The translations under genes were made by a program, and so were the position numbers. A DNA stretch of 64,000 nt, from IMG/VR virus record IMGVR_UViG_3300007214_000006, one strand, 5' to 3'. Shown piece after piece: positions 47,376 to 55,854 of the stretch. A model generated the notes under the pieces. It searched no databases. It worked only from the letters and a program-made list of their open reading frames with translations, and was not told the origin of the DNA. This DNA comes from a virus (Duplodnaviria; Caudoviricetes). Every line of letters begins with the position of its first letter. Positions within the stretch are counted from its first letter, which is position 1.

Positions 47376-47981
47376 ATGAATACTAAATTTGATTCTCTGT
47401 CTACATATATGTCTCTAGCAAAAAAAACCATATCAAAATTTGCACCAAAATTTTATAATGGACTTGCAAAAGAAATGCTGTCTAACGAAGAAGCTGTCTC
47501 CGATGTTGCTTCAGCAATAATGTACGCAGATTGGCGGTTTGATCCAGATAGACAAGGAAAAACTGGTCTTAAAAAGACGCTCTATTCTTATAGAAACCAA
47601 TGTGCTATATGGGCAATTAAAACATATGTTACAAATAAATATAAGAACAAAAATAAAAAATCTTTGAGTTTAGATAATAACTTAAATTCTGTAGAAGAAT
47701 ATATTAACGCATATGATCTATTAGCGTCCTCTTCTGAAAAAGATCCTTTAGAAAAACTTATAGAAAAAGAAGAAAATCAAGAGATTACTAATAATATTAA
47801 CGAATTATTAACCAAAGCAAATATTTCAGAAAAACAAAAACAGCAAATTATTATGTATTATTTTAATAACCTGACACTATCAAAGATAGGTAAGCATTTC
47901 GGTGTATCTCGTGAAGCCGTAAGACAGAGTATAAAAAGAGCTATAGAAACAATAAAAACTTATGATAAAGCCTATAGTTGA
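47376..47981 (+). CDS. phage sigma70-family RNA polymerase sigma factor
   Basis: Region 2-like RFDPDR...TLYSYRNQCAIWAIK; region 4 HTH TLSKIGKHFGVSREAVRQ. Confidence 0.8.
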   Translation: MNTKFDSLSTYMSLAKKTISKFAPKFYNGLAKEMLSNEEAVSDVASAIMYADWRFDPDRQGKTGLKKTLYSYRNQCAIWAIKTYVTNKYKNKNKKSLSLDNNLNSVEEYINAYDLLASSSEKDPLEKLIEKEENQEITNNINELLTKANISEKQKQQIIMYYFNNLTLSKIGKHFGVSREAVRQSIKRAIETIKTYDKAYS

Positions 47982-48312
47982 ACTATATTGTATTATCTTT
48001 GATAAAGAAAAACAAAAATACCAAGTGTTGTCCGAACATTCTGAAACTTTTATTGTCCTCTCCAAAGAGATAACACAAGATACAAAAAGTATTATAGACA
48101 TACTATCATCATTAATAGATAAATATATCCTTGTGTCTGCTGATTATATAAAATTTATTCATTTAGAATCGACTATATCTGATGGTAAAATTATTATTCC
48201 TTATTTTTGTTTAATACCATACAATTTAGAAATTAAGGATTGCTATAAACATTATACAGAGGATCTGATAAATGATTTTCCGATACTTAGAAAAATTACT
48301 AATATCGCATAA
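47962..48312 (+). CDS. hypothetical protein
   Basis: ORF track 116 aa. Confidence 0.55.
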   Translation: MIKPIVELYCIIFDKEKQKYQVLSEHSETFIVLSKEITQDTKSIIDILSSLIDKYILVSADYIKFIHLESTISDGKIIIPYFCLIPYNLEIKDCYKHYTEDLINDFPILRKITNIA

Positions 48313-48679
48313 TAAACCAAGAAATGCACATAATCATGGCATTATTGGTTCTATCAATTTTTCTATATTAGATAATTATACCATAGATATAAATATTGAT
48401 TTGCCTGACATGTCTAATGCTACTCCAGCTGAAACAGCCATTTTAGCAGAAAGATATGCGGAATTTTTATTATCTATAAACCAAGGATTTCATAAAGATA
48501 CTATTTTACAAATATTGGAGTCTAAAATAAATACTCAAAATAATCAAGAATATTTATTTATAGATAATATTATTACATTTTGGAAATTATTATATGATCA
48601 ATATAAAAAAAGCAAAAAAATATATGTACAATATAACCAACCTGTAGTCAAACCATCGCAAGTTTTTAGAATACAATAG
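48272..48679 (+). CDS. hypothetical protein
   Basis: ORF track 135 aa; exact start uncertain. Confidence 0.55.
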   Translation: MIFRYLEKLLISHNKPRNAHNHGIIGSINFSILDNYTIDINIDLPDMSNATPAETAILAERYAEFLLSINQGFHKDTILQILESKINTQNNQEYLFIDNIITFWKLLYDQYKKSKKIYVQYNQPVVKPSQVFRIQ

Positions 48680-48710
48680 AGTTATACATAAAAATGGTTT
48701 GGTCGATTAA

Positions 48711-49148
48711 ATGAGCAATATAGAAAAAAAACTTATAATGTGGGAAAAGTGGAGAGATCCTTTTGGAGAAAAGGACGATAACGAAATAGATAGTGAAGAA
48801 TATAATAATTTTTATCAAGATGAGGACGAAGAAGAATTCGAACAAACTATAAAAAATAATCTTGGACAAAAACAAATTAAAGTTATTGCTACGCCAATGG
48901 GTATAATCCCGATGAACGAAAATACAGCTAGCGGTAAAATTTTTAATTTTTGGGTTGGACATACAAATTTTGATATTACTAAACAAATTGCTGATATTAT
49001 AGAAAAAATTCGTGGAGTAGAATCTCTAGATATTTTTACTAGGTATAGATTTAGAATCGCTATTGGAAAAGCTTTTTTTGATTCTGATGTAAAAAAAGAT
49101 ATCCAGGATACAATTTACGATATTGTAGAACACGATGAAACTAAATAA
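48711..49148 (+). CDS. hypothetical protein
   Basis: 145 aa; WEKWRDPF, FNFWVGHTNFDIT, RYRFRIAIGK. Confidence 0.7.
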   Translation: MSNIEKKLIMWEKWRDPFGEKDDNEIDSEEYNNFYQDEDEEEFEQTIKNNLGQKQIKVIATPMGIIPMNENTASGKIFNFWVGHTNFDITKQIADIIEKIRGVESLDIFTRYRFRIAIGKAFFDSDVKKDIQDTIYDIVEHDETK

Positions 49149-49812
49149 AGAATCATTAGATTTAGACTATATTCATAATTATAATATAGATATTAATAAT
49201 AGAGAAATTTATTTACACTCTTATCTATCGGATGGAGAAGACGAGAGTGGTGTTGATTACAGAAGTGCTGTAATGTTTGAAAAAAATCTTAGATATTTAA
49301 ATATGGTGTCTATGGACCCTATATTGGTGCATATGCATCTTCCTGGTGGAGAATGGCAAGATTGTCTGGGGATGTACGACGCAATAAAATCTTGTACATG
49401 CAATATAATTATATTGGCTTACGCTAAAGCAGAATCTTCAAGTAGTGTGCTATTACAATCTGCTGATCTGAGAATATTAATGCCAAACACTAATGTTTTA
49501 ATACATTATGGATCTTTTAGTATTAATGAGGAACACAGCAAAGCAGCAGCGAGTTCCATACAATGGAACGAACAAGAATGCGATAAGATGATAGATATAT
49601 TTACAGATAGGTGTATATCAAGTAAGATAGCAAAAGAAAAAAAGTGGAAAAAAATGATCGCAAAAAAACATATAGTTTCTCAAATAGCCAATAAATGCGA
49701 CTGGATTTTAACAGCCCCAGAAGCAGTAGACTATGGTTTTGCAGATGGTATTTTGGGATCAAAACAGTTTCCAAATATAGACTATATCAAACATTATGCT
49801 AAAAAACTATGA
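49135..49812 (+). CDS. clpP: ClpP-like serine peptidase
   Basis: REIYL, LPGG, AESS (Ser), LIHYG (His), DWILTAPEAVDYGFADGI (Asp). Confidence 0.82.
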   Translation: MKLNKESLDLDYIHNYNIDINNREIYLHSYLSDGEDESGVDYRSAVMFEKNLRYLNMVSMDPILVHMHLPGGEWQDCLGMYDAIKSCTCNIIILAYAKAESSSSVLLQSADLRILMPNTNVLIHYGSFSINEEHSKAAASSIQWNEQECDKMIDIFTDRCISSKIAKEKKWKKMIAKKHIVSQIANKCDWILTAPEAVDYGFADGILGSKQFPNIDYIKHYAKKL

Positions 49813-50489
49813 TTTATATAGAGTATGCTTGTCTGGATTATTCTCTAAATGAGATAGAGACAATCAAAAATATTACCGATGCTATAAAAAATGGTATTAC
49901 AAATATTGTTGTATTACCATATAGTTTAACTACTTTAAAAACAATAGATGAAATAAAAGAAAAAAATATTAGCATAGCTTGTCCTGTTGATTTTCCTTTT
50001 GGGCTATCTGATCAAAAATCTAGATCTTTCTCTGTATCTAATTTATGTAAAAGTTATCATAATTTTCTAAAAAAAATTGATTTGTTTATTCCTACAAAAA
50101 TTATTACAAATAGAAAATATGATAAACTAAGAGAAGATATAAAAACTAATTTGGAAATATGTAATGAATTTGATATACAACTTAGATATATTTTAGAATA
50201 TAGAACATATAATCATGAAGTATTAGCTAAAGTTTGTCAAATATTTATGGACTACGGTATTAATACGGTTCTACCTTCTTCTGGTACTATGATTGATGAT
50301 ATTAATGATAATTTAATTGCTTGCAATTTTTTGAACAGCAAAAGCAAAATTAATACTATTACTACTGGGAATATCTATAATGAAAAACAAGCAGCTAATG
50401 TTATCAAAATGACCGATTTATATGGTATAAGATTATTTAATGTTCATAGTCTACATATGTTTATAGAGCATATTAATCTAAAAAAATAA
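49809..50489 (+). CDS. DeoC-like aldolase fold, catalytic lysines apparently lost
   Basis: CPVDFPFG, IDLFI, LRYILE, GINTVLPSSG (cf. GADFVKTSTG). Confidence 0.65.
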   Translation: MIYIEYACLDYSLNEIETIKNITDAIKNGITNIVVLPYSLTTLKTIDEIKEKNISIACPVDFPFGLSDQKSRSFSVSNLCKSYHNFLKKIDLFIPTKIITNRKYDKLREDIKTNLEICNEFDIQLRYILEYRTYNHEVLAKVCQIFMDYGINTVLPSSGTMIDDINDNLIACNFLNSKSKINTITTGNIYNEKQAANVIKMTDLYGIRLFNVHSLHMFIEHINLKK

Positions 50490-50547
50490 AAAATATAAGT
50501 TTTGGGGTACTAAATATTAGTTTAATTATTCTCTATGGAGACATAAA

Positions 50548-51084
50548 ATGTCAATTCATAATGCTCAAATTGATAATACAAATATTGATAACAATTCTGG
50601 AACCGGTATAAATCTTGGAGATTCTTTGGTATTAGATTCTATAAATCAGGGTAATGAAGTAGCAGTTTATTCAATAGGATCGATAGTTATAGACGGAGAA
50701 GATACAGATCCGGCTCTAGATAATGGCGAATTTGCCTATAACAACAGGACTCCTATTGCAAAAAGAATTTCAACAAATTTAGGCGGTGTTGATAATGACG
50801 TTTTATTGAGTGGTGCAGCTGCTCCCGATCTAATTACCGGTATTCATAAATTAGAAAGTATTATTACTCGTAGACAATCCACATCATTTAGAAACGGTGA
50901 TTTTAATAGTTATACCGGCAAATTTACAACAGACCCACAAACCCCGACTGACACTTTTCATAAAGCAGTGGCTTCCAAACAATTTATAGACTTGGCAGCT
51001 AATTCTAGTAGATCAAATACCGGTAAATTGATATATTTTATTGGAGGCAAACCATCTTCTAGGTCTTACGATTCTAAAAGATAA
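50548..51084 (+). CDS. probable structural protein
   Basis: G/N/D/T-rich; GGAG RBS; carries SI.........R...F...TGKF...PQ motif. Confidence 0.65.
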   Translation: MSIHNAQIDNTNIDNNSGTGINLGDSLVLDSINQGNEVAVYSIGSIVIDGEDTDPALDNGEFAYNNRTPIAKRISTNLGGVDNDVLLSGAAAPDLITGIHKLESIITRRQSTSFRNGDFNSYTGKFTTDPQTPTDTFHKAVASKQFIDLAANSSRSNTGKLIYFIGGKPSSRSYDSKR

Positions 51085-51113
51085 TCAAAAATTTAGATAT
51101 ATTTATAGTGTAT

Positions 51114-51144
51114 AATAAGCCAGAGTGATCTGGCTTATTTTTTT
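51114..51144 (+). terminator. intrinsic terminator
   Basis: AATAAGCCAG-agtgat-CTGGCTTATT followed by a T run. Confidence 0.75.
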
Positions 51145-51158
51145 ATGGAGCTTATAAT

Positions 51159-51482
51159 ATGTCCGAACATATAACTCATTTCTGGCAATCTTTAGCTACT
51201 GTTAGTCTGGGTATAATAGTAACACTTATAGGATTCTGGGTAGGCATAGGCAGAAAAATAGTGTCCAGAGAAGAGATTATAGATATAGTTAAAAACGATT
51301 CTCCATATCTACAAGATAAACAATTTATTATGGAACGATTAGCCATTAATAAAGAAACGCAAGCTGCTTTTGCTAATGCTCTACAAAGAAATAGCGATGT
51401 TATGAATGATTTAAAAATTCAATTAGCGACTTTAGGAAAAACCCTAGAGGCTCTAGAAGAAAAAATAGAAAATAAAGCATAA
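51159..51482 (+). CDS. N-anchored membrane protein with coiled coil (holin/spanin-like topology, unassigned)
   Basis: One TM helix then a heptad-repeat C-terminus. Confidence 0.65.
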   Translation: MSEHITHFWQSLATVSLGIIVTLIGFWVGIGRKIVSREEIIDIVKNDSPYLQDKQFIMERLAINKETQAAFANALQRNSDVMNDLKIQLATLGKTLEALEEKIENKA

Positions 51483-51850
51483 TGACTAAAAATTGCTTGT
51501 TGGTATACCCTAATGAATTTATATTTTTTTGTCCTGGTCAAGCACCTTTGACAGACGATAGGTGTCATGGGTCACAAAATCAAAGAATGCTATTCGATAT
51601 CACCGTCCCATCTGGATCAGATTCTGCAGTGGTAGAGATTCAATTAACAAATACTAGAACAACAAAAAAAGAAACATATTTTATATATACGGATCAACAG
51701 TGCTCATGCTCAAATAATTGTGTCATAGATCAAGGAATTAAAAATAATAATAAATATTCTATAGCAATTAATATTGGTAATTTAATTCCTGGAGAACAGT
51801 ATTCTGGCATAGCGTGTGTTAACTATATAGATATTCTAACTGGTGTATAG
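51482..51850 (+). CDS. Cys-containing beta-rich hypothetical protein
   Basis: ORF track 122 aa; NLIPGEQY module like neighbours. Confidence 0.6.
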   Translation: MTKNCLLVYPNEFIFFCPGQAPLTDDRCHGSQNQRMLFDITVPSGSDSAVVEIQLTNTRTTKKETYFIYTDQQCSCSNNCVIDQGIKNNNKYSIAINIGNLIPGEQYSGIACVNYIDILTGV

Positions 51851-51896
51851 TTTAATATACTAGGAATGAGCATCTAACTGGATAATTAGCCATATT

Positions 51897-53549
51897 ATGA
51901 TCATATATTCTAAAAATTCTATATTTACATACGATGCTGAGACTTCGTTTGATCTATTAAACCCACCAAAAAACGATAAATATATAGCTAGTTATAATAA
52001 ATTTATTAATCATGTTTTATATATATATGGTCAAATAAAAACAGATGGATCTATTCCAGTCTTTTTTACGAAAGCTATGGAATCTGGAACACAAAGACAA
52101 GCAGATAGAAACAGCACATTAACTGCTCTAGAGCCAAATAAAACATATTATATTGTTTTATCTTCTGATGAAATTTTACCTTTAACTATCCCAACTAATA
52201 TTACATCCGAAGAATTTTTATCAACCTATTATTGCCATAATGATGATCGGTGCGATAACGTCGATATATGCAATAAAAGTCTTTATATAGTAAAAAAAGA
52301 CCATCATAATATTTCATTAACTGGTAATTATACTTATGATATTAATTTAACAGTTAGTAATCTCTATTCTTCTAATCAATATTATTATGAAATAGAACCT
52401 GTTTATTCTAATTGGCCCGCAAGAATATCGTCACAGTCTGGTTTTATTTCAATACCATCGAACAATATGGATAATCTAGGCTATACTAGCGGTACAATAA
52501 AATCATTCTTTAGTTATTATCCTAGTGGCGAAAATTATGAAAATAGTATACCATACGATAATAATATAGACATATCTAGTAATTTTTATTATAAAAATAT
52601 TTTTAGTATTCTTAATTTATCTATTTATTCTAATAATATGGATTTATTGTTTACGGATTATATAAATATTAAATGCGATAGTTGTTTACCAAATAAAAAT
52701 AGAAAAAATCCAATTTTTAAATTGTCAAACACGGCAGGAAGTTTTGATAAAATTAACCAAATAGATTGCAGCGGATCTGTGCCTATTTATATAAATTATT
52801 CTGGATTAGATCCATCAAAAACTTATTCTTTTGGTTTTGGATCTGTCAATGGTAATTGGCCAGCAAGAATTTTACCTAAGATAAAAAATCTGGTTCCAGA
52901 ATATTTATACGAAGATCCAGAATCTAATATGGTTTACGGAACAGGAACCGTTGTTGCTAATTTTAGTTTTTCTCCAGTCTATAATCCCTTCCCGTCGTGG
53001 CCAAACTTACAGTACAATCTGGAGTCCTTCGCCAAAGAAAAATTTGTAGATGACAATATATACAATATACTCTCATTATCTGTTTCAGAATCTTCTAATA
53101 ATTTATATAAAGAATCTATAATCATTAAAGGAAACATCGAATCAAATAATGAAAATTGTATAAATAGTTTATATATTAAATTTGATAACACTAGCAATAC
53201 ATATCCTTCTGGCGGTTTAACAGAGACATCTCGACCAGGATCAGAAATCAATTTAACAGATAAATTGTGTTGCAATAAGGATCAAATATTAACAGCAACA
53301 ATTAGTGGAGCATGTTGTGGCAAAGAATACGGATATAGATTTTATAATAGTAATCAGTACACTTCTATCACCCCATTATCTGGCACAATTTCTTTTGGAA
53401 ATGGAGTAGGAAAAATTGGCGCTGTTTATAACTTAAATAATAGACCAGCAACTACAGTAAGATTAGTTATTTTTGATACTACTGATAATACTTATGCTGT
53501 AGATAATATTATTTTACGATGTCCAAATAAAATTCCAATATTACCATAA
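51897..53549 (+). CDS. probable virion protein with repeated NWP.RI modules
   Basis: Two NWPARI modules plus a related PLSG module; N/S/Y-rich. Confidence 0.7.
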   Translation: MIIYSKNSIFTYDAETSFDLLNPPKNDKYIASYNKFINHVLYIYGQIKTDGSIPVFFTKAMESGTQRQADRNSTLTALEPNKTYYIVLSSDEILPLTIPTNITSEEFLSTYYCHNDDRCDNVDICNKSLYIVKKDHHNISLTGNYTYDINLTVSNLYSSNQYYYEIEPVYSNWPARISSQSGFISIPSNNMDNLGYTSGTIKSFFSYYPSGENYENSIPYDNNIDISSNFYYKNIFSILNLSIYSNNMDLLFTDYINIKCDSCLPNKNRKNPIFKLSNTAGSFDKINQIDCSGSVPIYINYSGLDPSKTYSFGFGSVNGNWPARILPKIKNLVPEYLYEDPESNMVYGTGTVVANFSFSPVYNPFPSWPNLQYNLESFAKEKFVDDNIYNILSLSVSESSNNLYKESIIIKGNIESNNENCINSLYIKFDNTSNTYPSGGLTETSRPGSEINLTDKLCCNKDQILTATISGACCGKEYGYRFYNSNQYTSITPLSGTISFGNGVGKIGAVYNLNNRPATTVRLVIFDTTDNTYAVDNIILRCPNKIPILP

Positions 53550-53560
53550 TAGGAAATAAT

Positions 53561-55849
53561 ATGTCATTGCCAATAGGATATAATAGTGCAAATTATAATA
53601 ACCAAGCCGTCTGGAACGGAGTAAATGGTAATGTCACCTCTGTTGGAACAAATGGTGGACAAAGCGCATATGGTACATTAGATCAATCTGGGAATGTATG
53701 GGAATGGTTAGAGTCATTAAATGAAATAGATGGTAGTATTTATGCAGATATTTTTGGAGGAGCATGGAATAGTGATGCAAATAGTATATCTTGTTATGGG
53801 AAAAATAGTATTAATTACAATACTTTATCCAACAATATTGGAGTTAGACTTGTAAGTTTTGTTTCAAATGATACATTTTTATCTTGTGTAGATATTAATG
53901 ATATAAATAATACAAATGATATAAGAACAGGATACGGGGCGGTATCCTATGGCTATAGAATAATGTTGCGTCCTATTACAAATGCGCAATACTCAGTATT
54001 CTTAAATTCTGTAGATCCTAGTGGATTAAATACATACCAGCTTTATTCTTCATTAATGTCAACATTATTAAATGGTAATAATAATCCAAGGGGAGGAATT
54101 AATTATATATCATCTAATCCAGTTGGACAAAAATATGTTGTTAAAAATAATTTTAATAATAAACCAGTAAATTATGTTTCTTTTTTAAGCGTTGCAAGAA
54201 TGTGTAATTGGTTACACAATGGATCATCCTCAAATATAGATACGGGATCCTATACAATATCTCAAAATTCTGTTATATCAAGAACAAACACGCCTGGTAG
54301 CGAAGCTAAGTATGCAATACCCACTATCAATGAATGGTATAAAGCAGCTTTTTATGACACTAGTGGCGGTTACTGGACATATGCTACTCAAAGTAATAGT
54401 CTACCATGTTCTATCGGCACCATAGGATGTGCATCTTTTGATAGCAGTATTGGTGATGGCGGTATCACAAATATTGATCCCACGCCCACGCCTACTCCAA
54501 CTAATACCATAACTCCAACAAAAACAACAACTCCCACCCCAAGTAAAAGTATTGGGGCCAGTCCTACTCCGACACAAACACGGACACTAACACCAACAAA
54601 TACTACAACCCCTACCATAACACTGAGTCCAACACAAACACCAACTATTTCTGTGAGCCCTACGCAAACCCCAACTATTTCGATCACGCCAACAAAAACT
54701 GTTACAAAGACTCCTACAATCACCCCAACTATTACTAGTACTACCACTCCAACAAGAACACAAACAAAAACACCAACAAAAACTCCCACAATTACTCCTA
54801 CTAGGACACCAACTCTAACAATAACGCCTACAATTACTCCTAGTATAACTCCAACTATTTCTTTGAGTCCATCTCCTGAGCCATGTTCTAATCCAGAATT
54901 ATTAGATAAAATATATAATATTAAAGAATATCCAGCTACTGCTTTGACGCCCATATCATTGTTATCTCCTCCAAGCGGATTATCTAATAGTAAAGCTACT
55001 AAAGATTGGCATAATTTAATAAATAGCATATCTACAATTTACAATTCGTCAAATACTTTATTTTTTAATACTGTAACTAGTGGAAATAATATTTTGCCAA
55101 ATACAAAATCAACTCTAACAAATCTTGTACCTGGAGAAGCATATTATTTCATTTTGAAAGAAGACTCGAAGCTACCCGTTAAATTACCTATATATAATAA
55201 AGTAAAAACAGAATATTTATCTAAAAATTTAATAAATAATATAAGCGCATTATCTATAAATGATGCAAAAATCAAAACACTAACAAATAATGAAAAAATA
55301 TCTTTTATAACCGCTGTACAAGCTATCAAAGAAGATATAGAAAAATATAAATATGATAGTTTAAAATTAAATCAATTAGAGGCACTATTTAATGAATTAT
55401 TATTAGAATATTCAAATAATGATTTTGGATGCGATAAAACAATACATTATACAAATATAAAAGATAATTGCTTAAGTTACTATATCTCTAATGCATCTGA
55501 TAATACATATAAAGAAATACCAGGATTTATAAATACAAATTTTAATTTTCAAACTATAGAAATGTCTGGACAAGGAAATCTTACACAACAAATAAATATT
55601 TTTATATCTGGTTTACCAGATACAAACAAATACAATGTTAGATACCACTACAGATTAAAAGATGCGTCACAGGCATGCTCTGTATTTCCATTATCTGGTA
55701 CAATAATACCAGATGCTAATAATTCATCTAATATATCTAGCGTTTTTGAATTTTGTGCCGACGCAATTAGGGGGCAGCACGCTAATTTGCTAAAAGCAAC
55801 CCCATCGCCAACTCCAAGCATAACTCCAACAATAACTCCATCAGTATAA
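53561..55849 (+). CDS. FGE/SUMF1-like (C-type lectin fold) domain protein with mucin-like Thr-Pro linker
   Basis: [42 protein letters not shown]; long TPT tract. Confidence 0.8.
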   Translation: MSLPIGYNSANYNNQAVWNGVNGNVTSVGTNGGQSAYGTLDQSGNVWEWLESLNEIDGSIYADIFGGAWNSDANSISCYGKNSINYNTLSNNIGVRLVSFVSNDTFLSCVDINDINNTNDIRTGYGAVSYGYRIMLRPITNAQYSVFLNSVDPSGLNTYQLYSSLMSTLLNGNNNPRGGINYISSNPVGQKYVVKNNFNNKPVNYVSFLSVARMCNWLHNGSSSNIDTGSYTISQNSVISRTNTPGSEAKYAIPTINEWYKAAFYDTSGGYWTYATQSNSLPCSIGTIGCASFDSSIGDGGITNIDPTPTPTPTNTITPTKTTTPTPSKSIGASPTPTQTRTLTPTNTTTPTITLSPTQTPTISVSPTQTPTISITPTKTVTKTPTITPTITSTTTPTRTQTKTPTKTPTITPTRTPTLTITPTITPSITPTISLSPSPEPCSNPELLDKIYNIKEYPATALTPISLLSPPSGLSNSKATKDWHNLINSISTIYNSSNTLFFNTVTSGNNILPNTKSTLTNLVPGEAYYFILKEDSKLPVKLPIYNKVKTEYLSKNLINNISALSINDAKIKTLTNNEKISFITAVQAIKEDIEKYKYDSLKLNQLEALFNELLLEYSNNDFGCDKTIHYTNIKDNCLSYYISNASDNTYKEIPGFINTNFNFQTIEMSGQGNLTQQINIFISGLPDTNKYNVRYHYRLKDASQACSVFPLSGTIIPDANNSSNISSVFEFCADAIRGQHANLLKATPSPTPSITPTITPSV
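54478..54880 (+). repeat. coding Thr/Pro mucin-like repeat
   Basis: [17 protein letters not shown]... about 130 aa. Confidence 0.9.
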
Positions 55850-55854
55850 TTACT

